Assembly: GCA_963713925.1 (NCBI GenBank) | Contig: OY970212.1 | Location: forward strand, 1 to 64,000 | Direction: 5' to 3' | Length of the DNA: 64,000 bases | Source: an uncultured bacterium | GTDB lineage: Bacteria; Babelota; Babeliae; Babelales; Vermiphilaceae | Shown here: positions 19,222 through 30,462 of the stretch, in pieces | Position numbering within the stretch: the stretch's first letter is position 1 | How the letters are laid out: each line of letters starts with the position of its first letter | Translations under genes and position numbers: made by a program | Notes under the pieces: generated by a model | The model's database searches: none | Told to the model about the DNA's origin: nothing | The model's input: only the letters and a program-made list of their open reading frames with translations

Positions 19222-19952
19222 AACAATGTATTATAGAAAATGTGACGATTTTTATTGATGATGTTCCTGTCGTCAATAATGTCACTTTTTCACTACCATC
19301 AGGATCCCTTACTATCTTGATGGGGCAAAATGGTTCCGGCAAGAGTTCATTAGCATATGCACTCATGGGCCATCCTCGATATAGAATTACTTCAGGCGAC
19401 ATTACGCTGGATGGCAATTCATTGAACAATATGAGCGTCGACAAACGGGCGCATGCAGGCCTTTTTCTGGCTGTGCAACACCCATACGAAATTCCGGGAG
19501 TTTCCGTTTTTTCTTTTCTAATTCATGCCTATCAAGCATGCAAAGGAAATATCACGACGTCGGAAATGAAAGAAAAGCTAAGCAACGCTTTGGAAATGGT
19601 CGGACTCGATCAGTCATTTATGGATAGATCACTCAATGATGGATTTTCCGGCGGAGAAAAAAAGCGGCTTGAACTTGCCCAAATGCTCGTGTTGGAGCCG
19701 CGCTTTGTGATTCTCGACGAAATTGATTCCGGGCTTGATATCGACGCACTTTCACACGTTCATGATGCAATCAATCGGTTAAAAAAGAAAAATCCGGATA
19801 TTATATTTCTCATTATTACCCATTCGCCGACATTAGCCCGTATGCTTACGGCTGATTATGTCCATGTTATGTCAGCCGGTTCCATTGTGGCAACCGCCGA
19901 TTCCGCACTTCTTGATGAAATTGAGAAACATGGATACAAAAAAATTTCATAA
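19218..19952 (+). CDS. sufC: Fe-S cluster assembly ATPase SufC
   Basis: [40 protein letters not shown]; operon context. Confidence 0.95.
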   Translation: MKQCIIENVTIFIDDVPVVNNVTFSLPSGSLTILMGQNGSGKSSLAYALMGHPRYRITSGDITLDGNSLNNMSVDKRAHAGLFLAVQHPYEIPGVSVFSFLIHAYQACKGNITTSEMKEKLSNALEMVGLDQSFMDRSLNDGFSGGEKKRLELAQMLVLEPRFVILDEIDSGLDIDALSHVHDAINRLKKKNPDIIFLIITHSPTLARMLTADYVHVMSAGSIVATADSALLDEIEKHGYKKIS

Positions 19953-21297
19953 TGAGAGACGTAATTTGGATGAACGACGCGGCCTTTCTCGCGATATTGT
20001 AAAAAACATTTCCGCTCAAAAAGGTGAACCCGATTGGATGCTGCAATTTCGTCTGCAGGCGCTTGATCTCTTTGAATCAATGCCCATGCCATCCTGGGGA
20101 GCTGATCTCTCTGAGCTTAATCATCATGATATTCATTACTATGTAAAGCCGACTGAACACCTCACATCATCGTGGGACGATGTCCCACAGGACATAAAAA
20201 ATACCTTTCAATCGCTTGGCATCCCGCAGGCAGAGCAACACTTTCTAGCCGGTGTTGGAGCGCAATATGAATCTGAAATGGTCTATAAAAAACTGAAAAC
20301 TGAGTGGGTTGAACAAGGTGTTTTATTTCTTGATATGAATGACGCGCTCAGCAACCACTCGGAGCTCTTTCGAAACTATTTTGCAACCATAATTCCGGCA
20401 CGTGATAATAAGTTTGCAGCATTAAATTCTGCCGTTTGGTCAGGTGGATCATTTATTTATGTACCCAAAGGGGTGCAGGTGACTATGCCTTTGCAAGCCT
20501 ATTTTCGCATTAATCGATCACATATGGGCCAATTTGAACGCACACTTATCATTGCCGATGAGGGCAGCTCAGTTCATTATGTAGAAGGATGCTCTGCGCC
20601 ACTATACCGCGCAAGCTCGCTCCATTCTGCAGTAGTTGAAGTGATAGCTCTTCCCGGAGCACATGTGCGCTATACTACCATTCAGAACTGGTCCAACAAT
20701 GTGTATAATTTGGTCACTAAACGTGCCGTTGCGCATGAACGGGCTCGTGTTGAATGGATCGATGGTAATTTCGGCAGCAAAGTGACTATGAAATATCCGT
20801 GTATCGTCTTACGCGGGCGCAAAGCGCAGGGTCATATTATATCCATCGCAGTTGCTGGAAAAAATCAGCATCAAGATGCGGGAGGTAAGGTAATTCATCT
20901 TGCGCCCGATACAACATCACACATAGTTTCCAAATCGATCAGCAGTGCGGGAGGACGCAACAGCTATCGTGGACTACTGAAAGTTGCTGCTCACGCACAC
21001 AATATTCGCTCGCGAGTGCAGTGTGATGCATTATTGCTTGATGATATTTCACAATCAGACGCCTATCCAACGGTGGAGATCCAAAATAATAGCGCTGATG
21101 TCGGACATGAAGCAAGTGTGAGTAAGATTAATGATGAACAAATTTTCTATGCAATGAGCCGTGGATTGACCCTTGCACAGGCACGTGCATTGATTGTAAA
21201 TGGGTTTATTGATGCATTCGTCAAAGAACTTCCTATGGAATATGCAGTTGAGATCAACCGCCTGATCAAACATGAAATGGAAGGTTCAATCGGATGA
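19930..21297 (+). CDS. sufB: Fe-S cluster assembly protein SufB
   Basis: [45 protein letters not shown] motifs. Confidence 0.97.
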   Translation: MDTKKFHNERRNLDERRGLSRDIVKNISAQKGEPDWMLQFRLQALDLFESMPMPSWGADLSELNHHDIHYYVKPTEHLTSSWDDVPQDIKNTFQSLGIPQAEQHFLAGVGAQYESEMVYKKLKTEWVEQGVLFLDMNDALSNHSELFRNYFATIIPARDNKFAALNSAVWSGGSFIYVPKGVQVTMPLQAYFRINRSHMGQFERTLIIADEGSSVHYVEGCSAPLYRASSLHSAVVEVIALPGAHVRYTTIQNWSNNVYNLVTKRAVAHERARVEWIDGNFGSKVTMKYPCIVLRGRKAQGHIISIAVAGKNQHQDAGGKVIHLAPDTTSHIVSKSISSAGGRNSYRGLLKVAAHAHNIRSRVQCDALLLDDISQSDAYPTVEIQNNSADVGHEASVSKINDEQIFYAMSRGLTLAQARALIVNGFIDAFVKELPMEYAVEINRLIKHEMEGSIG

Positions 21298-21938
21298 AGC
21301 ACATCATACATGTTGAGCCGAATGCACATACAACAATGTTATTGACCGTTGACGCGGCGGAACTGACGATATATGCGGTGGCCGCGCGTAATTCCCGTTT
21401 AGATCTTTATATCGAACTTGTTAACAATGCCTGCTCAAGCATACGCGTCGTAACGCATTTAGTTGAACCGGACAGTCAAATTCACGTCAAAGGCTTTTAT
21501 TGTGGTTCAAATGATTCTGAATTTTCATGCGCAACTCAGCAATTGCATGCCGCTGATCGGACTGAGAGTTCGGTTCTTTTCAAATCATTACTTGCGGATC
21601 GTTCACGCTTTGTATATAAAGGCCTGATCAACGTAGACAAGGGGTGCAATGCTGTCAAAGCTGTGCAAGTGAATAAAAATTCTCTATTTTCCCGCGAGGC
21701 GCGATGCATTTCGATTCCCTCATTACAAGTGCAATCCAAGAATGTCTCGTGTACGCATGCGAGCGCAACCGGTCCATTTGATAAAGAACTTATATGGTTT
21801 GCTGAATCGCGCGGGATATCGAAAGAATCGGCATATAGACTTATGATGAATGCATTTGTTGCTGACGTTGTGCTCCCTGATAGAGTAGAGAATGTAGTGC
21901 AGGCATATGCGGCAAATATCAAATTGGATGCAATATGA
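21294..21938 (+). CDS. sufD: SufD-family protein (short)
   Basis: SIPSLQV...V.CTHASATG and SRGI motifs; between sufB and sufS. Confidence 0.85.
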   Translation: MKHIIHVEPNAHTTMLLTVDAAELTIYAVAARNSRLDLYIELVNNACSSIRVVTHLVEPDSQIHVKGFYCGSNDSEFSCATQQLHAADRTESSVLFKSLLADRSRFVYKGLINVDKGCNAVKAVQVNKNSLFSREARCISIPSLQVQSKNVSCTHASATGPFDKELIWFAESRGISKESAYRLMMNAFVADVVLPDRVENVVQAYAANIKLDAI

Positions 21939-23128
21939 ACAGTGTAAAGATTCGAAAAGAATTCCCTTTTTTGCGTCGCGATCTCATATATTTTGATAAC
22001 GCATCATCCGCTCAAAAACCTCAAGTGGTGCTTGATGCGATGATGCAGTTTTATACGGATGATTACGCAAATGTGCATCGAGGAGTATATGCGCGAGCAG
22101 AGCGATCCACTGAATTATATGAATCCGCCCGTGCATCGGTAGCATCTTTTATTGGATCGCGCACCGATGAAATTGTATTCACACGTGGAACCACTGACGC
22201 CATTAACGCGGTTGCAGGCTCTTGGGGGCATGCACACATTGGGCAAGGAGATGAAATTATTATCACTGAGCTTGAACACCATTCAAATTTTGTCCCCTGG
22301 CAACAGTTGGCTCTTCAGGTTGGCGCTACATTGAAAATTATGCAGGTGAATCAAGATGGCACTCTTGATATGCAATCGCTTGATCGTCTTATTTCGAAGC
22401 ACACAAAGCTCATTGCTGTCACGCATACTTCTAACGCGCTTGGAACTCATGTTGATGTCGCTCCTTTTGTGAAGGCTGCTCGGTCTGTAGGAGCGCGCGT
22501 ATTGCTTGATGCGGCACAATCAGTTGCCCATGAACTCATTGATATGAAAACTTTGGGCGTTGATTTTTTAGCTTTTTCCGGCCACAAACTGTATGGCCCA
22601 ACCGGCATTGGCGTGTTATATATCAAAAAAGAATTGCATGATCAGATGCCACCCTATCAATATGGCGGCGGAATGGTCTTCCGCGTTTCCCCTGCTCACA
22701 CCGATTTTGCTCGTATGCCACAACGTCTTGAGGCAGGCACTCCACCCATCGCGCAAGCAATCGGACTTGAAGCTGCGATTACATATTTTAAAAAGACAGT
22801 CTCATATGAACAGTTACAAGCTCATGAAACCGCTTTGTGCGCACGGGTAATAGAAGGATTGAGCCCGAGCAAGAAAATTTCGTTGCTCGGGCCCGTAGAT
22901 CAGTTACAACATTCCGGACATATGATCAGTTTCATAGTTGATGGTCTTCATGCCCATGATGTCGCCGCATTTTTATCGGATAAAAATATTGCTGTGCGCG
23001 CTGGACACCATTGCGCTCAACCACTTGCGCTCAAGCTTGGTGTGCAATCCATGGTGCGCGTGAGCTTTGGGATGTACAACACGATGCAGGAAGTTGATCG
23101 ATTTATTTTGGCAATGGGTAATCTATAA
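21935..23128 (+). CDS. sufS: cysteine desulfurase SufS
   Basis: YFDNASSAQKP, EHHSN, FSGHKLYGPTG, RAGHHCAQP. Confidence 0.95.
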   Translation: MNSVKIRKEFPFLRRDLIYFDNASSAQKPQVVLDAMMQFYTDDYANVHRGVYARAERSTELYESARASVASFIGSRTDEIVFTRGTTDAINAVAGSWGHAHIGQGDEIIITELEHHSNFVPWQQLALQVGATLKIMQVNQDGTLDMQSLDRLISKHTKLIAVTHTSNALGTHVDVAPFVKAARSVGARVLLDAAQSVAHELIDMKTLGVDFLAFSGHKLYGPTGIGVLYIKKELHDQMPPYQYGGGMVFRVSPAHTDFARMPQRLEAGTPPIAQAIGLEAAITYFKKTVSYEQLQAHETALCARVIEGLSPSKKISLLGPVDQLQHSGHMISFIVDGLHAHDVAAFLSDKNIAVRAGHHCAQPLALKLGVQSMVRVSFGMYNTMQEVDRFILAMGNL

Positions 23129-23131
23129 ATT

Positions 23132-24262
23132 TCACAGATACTTTTTATTTTTTAACCTGTCCGGCAACAGACAGTCTTTTGTATATTTTTCATACCCCAC
23201 ACCATATCCCAGGTCTTTCATGAGCCCCGTTGGGGCATTGCGAATCTGAAGCGGAACGGGGAGATTGCCATATTCTCTAACATCATCAATCGCTTTGAGA
23301 TATGCATAATAGGATGCCTTGCTTTTTGGCGCTTGAGACAAATAACAGACCCCATGCGCCAGATTTATTCCACATTCAGGATATCCGATGGTCTCAACCG
23401 CTCGAAATACATTATTTGCCACCGTCAAAGCCTGCGGATCTTCAAGCCCAATGTCTTCCGAGGCAAAAATCACCATACGGCGCGCAATAAAGATCGGATC
23501 TTCACCAGCCTCAACCATTCGCGCTAAATAGTATAATGCGGCATCCGGTTGTGAAGCTCGCATTGACTTGATAAAGGCAGAGATAGTGTTGTAATGCTCT
23601 TCTGCTTTTTTATCGTAGCGCAGATGGCTGCTTTGCAACGCATTCTTGAGACTATCAACGGTAATAGCCTGATACATCTTGTAAGTATTTTCAATCAATG
23701 AAATAGCCTGTCGCGCATCGCCATGAGCCATACGGGCAAGCCACTCTGCTGCATCATCGGGAATTGAAAACCCGGTATTTTTAACGATGGTGATTATTTC
23801 CTGCTCACTTAACTCTTTCAGCACAAATACTTTGCAACGAGAAAGTAATGCCGAAATAACTTCAAAGCTTGGGTTTTCAGTCGTCGCGCCGATTAAAGTA
23901 AGGACGCCTGATTCGACATACGGCAAAAGAAAATCTTGTTGTGCTTTATTAAATCGATGGATTTCATCCAAAAATAATATTTTAGGCCGTTGATTATCGA
24001 CTTTTTTCTGTTCAACGATTTTTCTTATTTCATCTTTGCCCGTGGAAACAGCAGAAAGTTCATAATAATCGGCATCCATATGTGTTGCATAGATTCGGGC
24101 AAGCGTTGTCTTTCCAACTCCCGGTGGCCCCCATAAGATGAAACTAAACAGATGTTTTCGCTCCATGGCGGCACGTAATGGCTTGCCCGAGCCAACAAGG
24201 TGTGTTTGGCCAATAAAAAGATCAAGCGTTTTTGGTCTGATTTGAGACGCTAATGGTTCCAT
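23132..24262 (-). CDS. rarA: replication-associated recombination protein RarA/MgsA
   Basis: [45 protein letters not shown]. Confidence 0.95.
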   Translation of the reverse strand: MEPLASQIRPKTLDLFIGQTHLVGSGKPLRAAMERKHLFSFILWGPPGVGKTTLARIYATHMDADYYELSAVSTGKDEIRKIVEQKKVDNQRPKILFLDEIHRFNKAQQDFLLPYVESGVLTLIGATTENPSFEVISALLSRCKVFVLKELSEQEIITIVKNTGFSIPDDAAEWLARMAHGDARQAISLIENTYKMYQAITVDSLKNALQSSHLRYDKKAEEHYNTISAFIKSMRASQPDAALYYLARMVEAGEDPIFIARRMVIFASEDIGLEDPQALTVANNVFRAVETIGYPECGINLAHGVCYLSQAPKSKASYYAYLKAIDDVREYGNLPVPLQIRNAPTGLMKDLGYGVGYEKYTKDCLLPDRLKNKKYL

Positions 24263-24327
24263 AAAGATATCCCTCCCTGATTCAGGATATCATACACTCA
24301 AAAAAATTCAATTATGCAATGACAATA

Positions 24328-24591
24328 TTATCGAGAATTTCCAAGAGTTCTTTCTCGTTGCATCATTTCTAGCTCTTCACGCTCTTGTTGCCATGCCTGT
24401 TGTATTCTCAAAGCCATGGGAATTTGCGGCATTTGTGTCCCATTAGTCCGTCGTTGAATTGGTAACATGGCAAACCGTTGAGGACTTATGTTGCTTTTTC
24501 TAAATCCAAACTCATCTTCTATCCCCATGGAAGATATCGTGTTGCAAAAACCGACAAAAAGAATCAGTAATAATTGAGTTTTCATAAACAT
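24328..24591 (-). CDS. small secreted hypothetical protein
   Basis: 87-aa ORF with signal-like N-terminus and AAGG RBS. Confidence 0.45.
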   Translation of the reverse strand: MFMKTQLLLILFVGFCNTISSMGIEDEFGFRKSNISPQRFAMLPIQRRTNGTQMPQIPMALRIQQAWQQEREELEMMQRERTLGNSR

Positions 24592-24645
24592 TCCTTGAAA
24601 TAGTGTTGTAGCGAGTGTAATGGAAATTTATGAATGATCAAATTT

Positions 24646-25311
24646 TTAGAAAGACGGGGACTCGCGCAAAGGAACTACTTCTCGATTTACTCGTCTTGGT
24701 CGATCACTGAGATGCTTTCTTTTAAATGCATTTTCGCTGTATCCTCGACCATTTTTTAAATATTCGAGCGCTGCTTCAGTCGCAAGTTTAATTTTTTCAA
24801 CTTTTCCCTCGTGCAGTTTTTCTGATTTTTTTAGTTTAATGAACCCGCGATAGGAAGCTCTAAATTGTTTTGCGGTGCTCATTAAAATAGCATGCTCTGT
24901 ATTTGCAACATCTTCATGTGGAAAATCTCTGAAAAAATCTGAAAACATTTTATCTTCGTTAGATCGCGTATCTGTAGCAATGGTGTCATCAAAACCGAGC
25001 AGCTCTCGATATTTTTGTCCAAACAAAGGGGACAAACATATAACAGTTGCGCTTGTCTTATGCTTTTCATCAATAGTCGTTTGAAGATAATAAAAGCCAT
25101 TATCCTGAGAAGCTAATTGTTCCTGTTTTATCAACTGTCTACAGTGGCGCAATGACTTTCGCGCCTTTTTGATATGATCCAAAAGCGCATGTTGTTTATC
25201 TGTTACAAATTGTCTCAAGGAATGCTCAAATTTTTTGTCAGCAGATATTTTTTCCGCCGCGTGTAATTCTATAAAGGGCAAAAGCGCATAGAAAAATAAA
25301 AACCGCTTCAT
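24646..25311 (-). CDS. secreted hypothetical protein
   Basis: MKRFLFFYALLPFIELHA signal; AAGGAG RBS. Confidence 0.6.
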   Translation of the reverse strand: MKRFLFFYALLPFIELHAAEKISADKKFEHSLRQFVTDKQHALLDHIKKARKSLRHCRQLIKQEQLASQDNGFYYLQTTIDEKHKTSATVICLSPLFGQKYRELLGFDDTIATDTRSNEDKMFSDFFRDFPHEDVANTEHAILMSTAKQFRASYRGFIKLKKSEKLHEGKVEKIKLATEAALEYLKNGRGYSENAFKRKHLSDRPRRVNREVVPLRESPSF

Positions 25312-25538
25312 GCAACAAGCTCCTTTTTGAAAGCATACGACTTTCTCCATTTTGAGAAAATCATACCAATTTTTAGAGTAAAGATAGTTTCTCAAAAAGG
25401 AAATATATTATATTTAAAAATGAAAACGTGGTAAAATAATAAGTGCGCGTCATTTGGGGGTTCTCCCCTCCTAACAAAGGTAGTTTTCTACGTCTTTTGA
25501 ATCTGTTTGAAGCTTGGCGACGTAAACAAGGAGTCGAT

Positions 25539-27329
25539 ATGGCAGTCCAACAAAAACCTACGCAGCAAGGATATGGAGCGATAATAAAACTCATTTTTGA
25601 GAACCTATGGTCATGTGGAGCAGGATTGCGCATCCGTCTTTTACTTGCTCTCATCCTGATTATTGCCACCATGGCTTTGAATCTCGGTATTCCTATTTTG
25701 TTCCAAAAAGTTATTAACGCGCTCTCGATTTGTACCAGAGAAACTGGCTGGATTCCGCTCGCACTTTTGATTGCATATGGATTATCGTGGACTCTTTCAA
25801 AAATAACGCTCCAAATGAGAGAAATTGTGCTTGCGCCTCTTTTATCTCGCGGCATTCGAAATATTATGACCCAACTATTTAACCATCTTCATCAATTGTC
25901 CGCTCGGTTTCATGCCGACCGAAAAACAGGGGCCATTGCTTCAATTATTTCGCGCGTACAACGCGCTCTGCCCGACATTATCATGGAACTATTTGTATTC
26001 CTCATTCCACCAATTATCGAAATTTTTATCGCGGTTGGAATACTTTGGTATTACTATTCAATCACGTATGGCTTTATGTTACTGTGCATATTATTGCTGT
26101 ATGTTGTGTTAAGCGTGATCGGAGTTAGTTGGTTGAGCAAATCTCAAGTCATCGCCAACCAAAAAGAAGAACGTCTTGCTACTCGTCTTGTTGATAGTTT
26201 GCTCAACTTTGAAACTATAAAATATTTCAATAGCCAAGAGTTTGAGCGCCAAGAATTTGATAAGTCCGCAACTGAACTTGAAAAAGCATTAACAGCCAAA
26301 GAAGTCCGTTCAGAAACGGTTCATGTTTTACAAGGTGCGATGATTGGCTTGGGGCTTACCGTTTTAACGTGGGTGTCGGGAAATGAAGTATTGAACGGCA
26401 CAATGACGGTCGGTGACTTTGTGCTTATCAACGGATATTTAATACAATTTTTCCAACCACTTAGTTATTTTGGGATTATTCTGCGTCACATCAGACGAGG
26501 GTTTACTGATATGCAGCATGCGCTGGCCCTACTTGATATAAAACCGGAAGTTCTTGATATCCCGGAAGCGCAAGAAATTCATCCGGATCATGTGACTATT
26601 GAATTTAAAGATGTCTGGTTTGGTTATCAAGCTGCGCGCCCGATTTTAAAAGGAGTTTCATTTTCAATTCCTGCGGGTAAAACGGTCGCCGTTGTAGGCC
26701 CCACCGGTTCAGGAAAATCCACAATAGCAAAACTGCTTTTCCGCCTATACGATGTGACCGGAGGCGAAATTGACGTGAATAAAAAAAATATAAAAAATGT
26801 CACACAAGAAAGTCTTCATGCATTGCTCGGTATTGTACCGCAAGACACCGTCCTTTTTAACAACACACTTAAATACAATATTGCCTATGGCAAACCAGGG
26901 GCATCAGACCAAGAAATCGCGCATGCCGTTCAAATGGCTCACCTTGAAAAATTAATTGATTCGATGCCTCAAGGGTTAAGCACCATGGTCGGCGAACGTG
27001 GATTGAAGCTATCGGGAGGAGAAAAACAACGAGTTGCTATCGCCCGCGCATTGGTAAAAAACCCACGCGTGTATATTTTTGATGAAGCAACATCAGCGCT
27101 TGACACCAAAACCGAACGAGATATTCAAAAAAACATTGATGAAATCTCACACGACGAGAATACGACATCTCTCATAATCGCGCACCGTTTATCAACCATT
27201 GTTAACGCGGATACCATCATTGTGCTTGATCATGGTAATGTCGTTGAATCTGGATCGCATGATGAGCTTCTTAAAACGGGTGGCGTCTACAAACGCTTGT
27301 GGGACCAACAACAAGGATCGCAAGAGTAA
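25539..27329 (+). CDS. Atm1-like ABCB half transporter (permease plus ATPase)
   Basis: FHADRKTG, DSLLNFETIKYF, GPTGSGKST, IVPQDTVLFN, LSGGEKQR, FDEATSALD. Confidence 0.92.
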   Translation: MAVQQKPTQQGYGAIIKLIFENLWSCGAGLRIRLLLALILIIATMALNLGIPILFQKVINALSICTRETGWIPLALLIAYGLSWTLSKITLQMREIVLAPLLSRGIRNIMTQLFNHLHQLSARFHADRKTGAIASIISRVQRALPDIIMELFVFLIPPIIEIFIAVGILWYYYSITYGFMLLCILLLYVVLSVIGVSWLSKSQVIANQKEERLATRLVDSLLNFETIKYFNSQEFERQEFDKSATELEKALTAKEVRSETVHVLQGAMIGLGLTVLTWVSGNEVLNGTMTVGDFVLINGYLIQFFQPLSYFGIILRHIRRGFTDMQHALALLDIKPEVLDIPEAQEIHPDHVTIEFKDVWFGYQAARPILKGVSFSIPAGKTVAVVGPTGSGKSTIAKLLFRLYDVTGGEIDVNKKNIKNVTQESLHALLGIVPQDTVLFNNTLKYNIAYGKPGASDQEIAHAVQMAHLEKLIDSMPQGLSTMVGERGLKLSGGEKQRVAIARALVKNPRVYIFDEATSALDTKTERDIQKNIDEISHDENTTSLIIAHRLSTIVNADTIIVLDHGNVVESGSHDELLKTGGVYKRLWDQQQGSQE

Positions 27330-27357
27330 ATAACCCCAAATTTGATATCTTTTTTTT

Positions 27358-27620
27358 CGTTCGAATGGTTCGATTTCGCTAAAGCTTCACTCACCACGAA
27401 CGGAAAGGAATGTCATATTTTTACCGCGAATGCTGTCCCATATTTATAAAAACATATACACCCGTTCGTGGTGAGCGTAGTGAAAATTTGGGGTCCCCGG
27501 TGGAGCATGAGCGAAATTGGGGGATAAAACGAAGTCGAATCCATACGAACACCCCATGCGATATGATAAGAACAATCTTTTTGATCAAGTAAATTTTCCG
27601 TTCGAATGGTTCGATTCGAC
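27358..27620. repeat. cluster of palindromic REP/MITE-like elements (family A with nested family B)
   Basis: CGTTCGAATGGTTCGA...CTCACCACGAACGG (27358-27403), inverted copy 27462-27550 containing a GGGGTCCCC element, partial copy 27598-27620. Confidence 0.75.
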
Positions 27621-27623
27621 TAG

Positions 27624-29003
27624 TTATTTTCCGACACAAAATTCTTTAAATATCGCGTCCATTGATTTTTCACTGATTGATTTTCCGGTCAACTCAGAGA
27701 GTTGTGCTAGCGTATCATTTAAATGGTACGAAACAAGCTCATATGCAATCTGTTGATCTTGAAGCATTGTAATCACATGCCCTACCTGTTGTTCAAGCGA
27801 GTTCAGGAGATGGATCTGACGCTTGGTGAGCAAATACGGGCTGCTTTGTGTTGCAAAAAGATCGATTGTCATATTTTCTATTTTGTTTTTGACCGCTTCA
27901 ATAGTATGCGGCAACTCTCGCGCAACTGAAATAGATTCTTTGTCTTCAAGAAGCTCATTGTAAGCTTGTGGTAAATCTTGTTTTGTTTTGACACAGATTG
28001 TTTTTTGTTCATGAACAAGCAACATGTGTTGATACACTGCATTTTCTTGTTCAGAAAGTGCGCGTGATCCATCAAATATGAGCAAAACGATATCCGCACT
28101 TGCAGCTGCTTGGTATGATCGCTCAATGCCAATCATTTCAATCTGATCATCAGTATTTCGAATACCGGCAGTATCAATAAAGGTCCACACCGTACCATTA
28201 TGATCAATGGAACACTCGATACTATCACGCGTCGTTCCTGCAATGGGAGTGACAATTGCACGATCTTTTTTGATTAATGCATTAAACAATGAGGATTTAC
28301 CAGCATTCACAGAGCCTATGAGTGCTATCGTAAATCCGTTACGAAGTTGCTGCTGATGGGTATAGCTTGCAGTCAATCGATGTATGCATTCCAAAACTGA
28401 GTTGAGGAGGTTCAAAATTCTTGAAGCGAATTCCGCTTCTTCATCAAGAAACTCAAAACTTGCTTCAGAAAGAGCATGAGCATGAAGAATCATTTTTTCT
28501 ATTTTCTCAATCTCGGCAGATAATGATCCATCAAGTTGCGTGAGCGATTGCTTCAACGCTTGTTGTGTGTTGGCGTGAATCAGCTCATTGATCGCTTCTG
28601 CTTGCAACAAATCTATTTTACCGTGCAAAAAAGCGCGTTGAGAAAATTCACCCTGTTGCGCACAGCGAGCTCCTGCGCGAATCGTCGCTTGCATAATGCT
28701 TTCAATAATTGCGCCGTTATTATGACAGGTAATTTCTATCGTATCTTGGCCGGTAAAGGTGCGTGGGGCACGCATGAGCAAAAACAATACATAGTCGATA
28801 GTCTGATTGTTATGATCAACAACTTCACCATAATGAATCGTGTGGGTTGGCTGATCAGCAAGCTTTTTATTACCAGGCAATTTTGCTATGCGATCTGCGA
28901 TAAGAACGGCATCTTGTCCGGAAATTCTCAATAATGCAATTGCGCCAGGCCCTGACGGGCTGGCGCATGCAATAATCGTTTCTTGTTCTCGAGTAGCAAT
29001 CAT
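27624..29003 (-). CDS. mnmE: tRNA modification GTPase MnmE
   Basis: PRTFTGQD, GKIDLLQAEA, GSVNAGKSSL, GTTRD, DTAG, C-terminal FCVGK. Confidence 0.96.
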   Translation of the reverse strand: MIATREQETIIACASPSGPGAIALLRISGQDAVLIADRIAKLPGNKKLADQPTHTIHYGEVVDHNNQTIDYVLFLLMRAPRTFTGQDTIEITCHNNGAIIESIMQATIRAGARCAQQGEFSQRAFLHGKIDLLQAEAINELIHANTQQALKQSLTQLDGSLSAEIEKIEKMILHAHALSEASFEFLDEEAEFASRILNLLNSVLECIHRLTASYTHQQQLRNGFTIALIGSVNAGKSSLFNALIKKDRAIVTPIAGTTRDSIECSIDHNGTVWTFIDTAGIRNTDDQIEMIGIERSYQAAASADIVLLIFDGSRALSEQENAVYQHMLLVHEQKTICVKTKQDLPQAYNELLEDKESISVARELPHTIEAVKNKIENMTIDLFATQSSPYLLTKRQIHLLNSLEQQVGHVITMLQDQQIAYELVSYHLNDTLAQLSELTGKSISEKSMDAIFKEFCVGK

Positions 29004-29041
29004 GTAACCTCCACGGGTACAACAGAAAGTTCGATTTGTTG

Positions 29042-29076
29042 AAAAAAAGATCTCGAAAATTTCGAGGTCTTTTTTT
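29042..29076. terminator. intrinsic terminator-like hairpin between jag and mnmE
   Basis: AAAAAAAGATCTCGAA...TTCGAGGTCTTTTTTT inverted repeat with A/T tails. Confidence 0.55.
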
Positions 29077-29773
29077 AAGAAGCTGCCGTTTTAATGTGAA
29101 CGCGAAGACCGCGTGTTTCATTTTTAAATTGATTACGCATCGCTTGCATCAGCAAATGTGCCAACGAGCTGCACAACAATCGTTCATTACCATTCAATGC
29201 CAATGAGCAGTTAACAGCTACTTGAAGCTCATTATTATGCGTTTCACACTCAAGGCGAGCATCAGATCGAAGAGCGGTAACCGCTTTGTTCAACCAGCGT
29301 TCAGCCTCAACTCTCACATGGGTTGGCCATGCTGCCGTTGATTGCTCTTGGAAATTTTCAGTTCGTGCTTCCTGCACATCAGATTTTTGAATCATCTCTT
29401 TTTTAAATGGCTTTTGTTCTGGCTGTGGTCGCTGCTGTCTGTGCTGCTGTTGTTGATTTATTTGTTTTCTTTGCTGATCAGGGGATGTTCTGGTTTGCGT
29501 ATGAGCCGGAACAGTGCGATCATGCACACGTTCGGCAGGACGCTCCGGTCGTCTGCTTTGCTGTTGTTGTTGACCTCGAGGACTCCTGGATGGCTGTGCC
29601 AGCACTTCTTCAAAATAAAACGCTATTTTTGCAGGTTTTGAAGTGAGCCCAAAAAAATTCTTTACTTCATGTTCAAGCACTTTGACAGAAAATGATGCTG
29701 GTTTGTCAGCGCGAGCCCATGCTTTTTCAATAGCCTTTGAAACCGATGAAGCTTCTTCCATTATAGATTTCAT
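29075..29773 (-). CDS. jag: Jag N-terminal domain protein (Jag/EloR/KhpB-like, shortened)
   Basis: SVSKAIEKA...KNFFGLTSKPAKI Jag_N pattern; located upstream of mnmE. Confidence 0.7.
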   Translation of the reverse strand: MKSIMEEASSVSKAIEKAWARADKPASFSVKVLEHEVKNFFGLTSKPAKIAFYFEEVLAQPSRSPRGQQQQQSRRPERPAERVHDRTVPAHTQTRTSPDQQRKQINQQQQHRQQRPQPEQKPFKKEMIQKSDVQEARTENFQEQSTAAWPTHVRVEAERWLNKAVTALRSDARLECETHNNELQVAVNCSLALNGNERLLCSSLAHLLMQAMRNQFKNETRGLRVHIKTAAS

Positions 29774-29831
29774 GTAATAACCTCAAAATCCTTTTGAGTA
29801 AAAATAAGTAGTTAGTTGTAAAAATTAAGAT

Positions 29832-30176
29832 CCAGGCTACGTTCTTACTTCGAAGCAAAACCTCCCAGCCGTCGCTCTACGAGCTATGGCGGGCACGGCA
29901 GGATGTTTTAAACTTCGCCGGACAGGCGTAGCTTTTATTGTACCCATGTTTACACACGGGAGCCATTTTTATTAATAAAGATAGCAAAAGTTGGGGATCT
30001 CTACAAACATCCGAGACTCTATAAAATATCAATTCATTATCTGGCGAAGTCTGGCAGCACCAGGCGTAGTTTGTACGCCGTCGCTCTTCGAGCTATGGCG
30101 CACGCAGCCGAGCCAAATTCGGGCCCCAAGTGAAGCAAATGCGTAACTTGGGTAATAAGGCCCGGATAAACGAAGC
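29832..30176. repeat. REP-like palindromic repeat cluster (family C) downstream of tRNA-Gly
   Basis: GCCGTCGCTCTWCGAGCTATGGCG at 29868-29891 and 30077-30100; CAAGTGAAGCAAWTGCGTAAC at 30127-30147 recurs at 39470-39490. Confidence 0.7.
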
Positions 30177-30177
30177 A

Positions 30178-30253
30178 TGGAGCGGGAAACGGGATTCGAA
30201 CCCGCGACCTTTGCCTTGGCAAGGCAACGCTCTACCAACTGAGCTATTCCCGC
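30178..30253 (-). tRNA. tRNA-Gly (GCC)
   Basis: reverse complement GCGGGAATAGCTCAGTTGGTAGAGCG...TTGCCAA...GGTTCGAATCCCGTTTCCCGCTCCA; 76 nt with encoded CCA. Confidence 0.98.
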
Positions 30254-30342
30254 ATTCTTGATACGATACATAGCAATGTACCATCTCAGAAATGATTGTC
30301 AATACGAAAAAGGCTTTTTTACACTTGAGTAACAGTCTTTTA

Positions 30343-30378
30343 CCCCTTTCTTTCGCTGCGCTACAGATGGGGACCCCG
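30343..30378. repeat. stand-alone family B repeat
   Basis: CCCC..TTTCGCT.CGCT.CA..TGGGGACCCC, similar to 44240-44273. Confidence 0.55.
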
Positions 30379-30462
30379 AGTTGGGGATTTTATTTACGTA
30401 AAATTTTGCGTATGCTGTGTTGAAATCATTGCTTATACTTGAATAACCTCGGGGAGATTTTT

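Noticed and set aside
25373..25855. 160-aa minus-strand ORF and similar antisense ORFs (7924-8364, 32851-33366, 47702-48109)
   Set aside because: Shadow frames of well-supported genes with no motifs
27410..27756. Short ORFs between the ABC transporter and mnmE
   Set aside because: Translations of palindromic repeats or antisense to mnmE
30029..30302. Three short minus-strand ORFs
   Set aside because: They overlap tRNA-Gly and the repeat cluster
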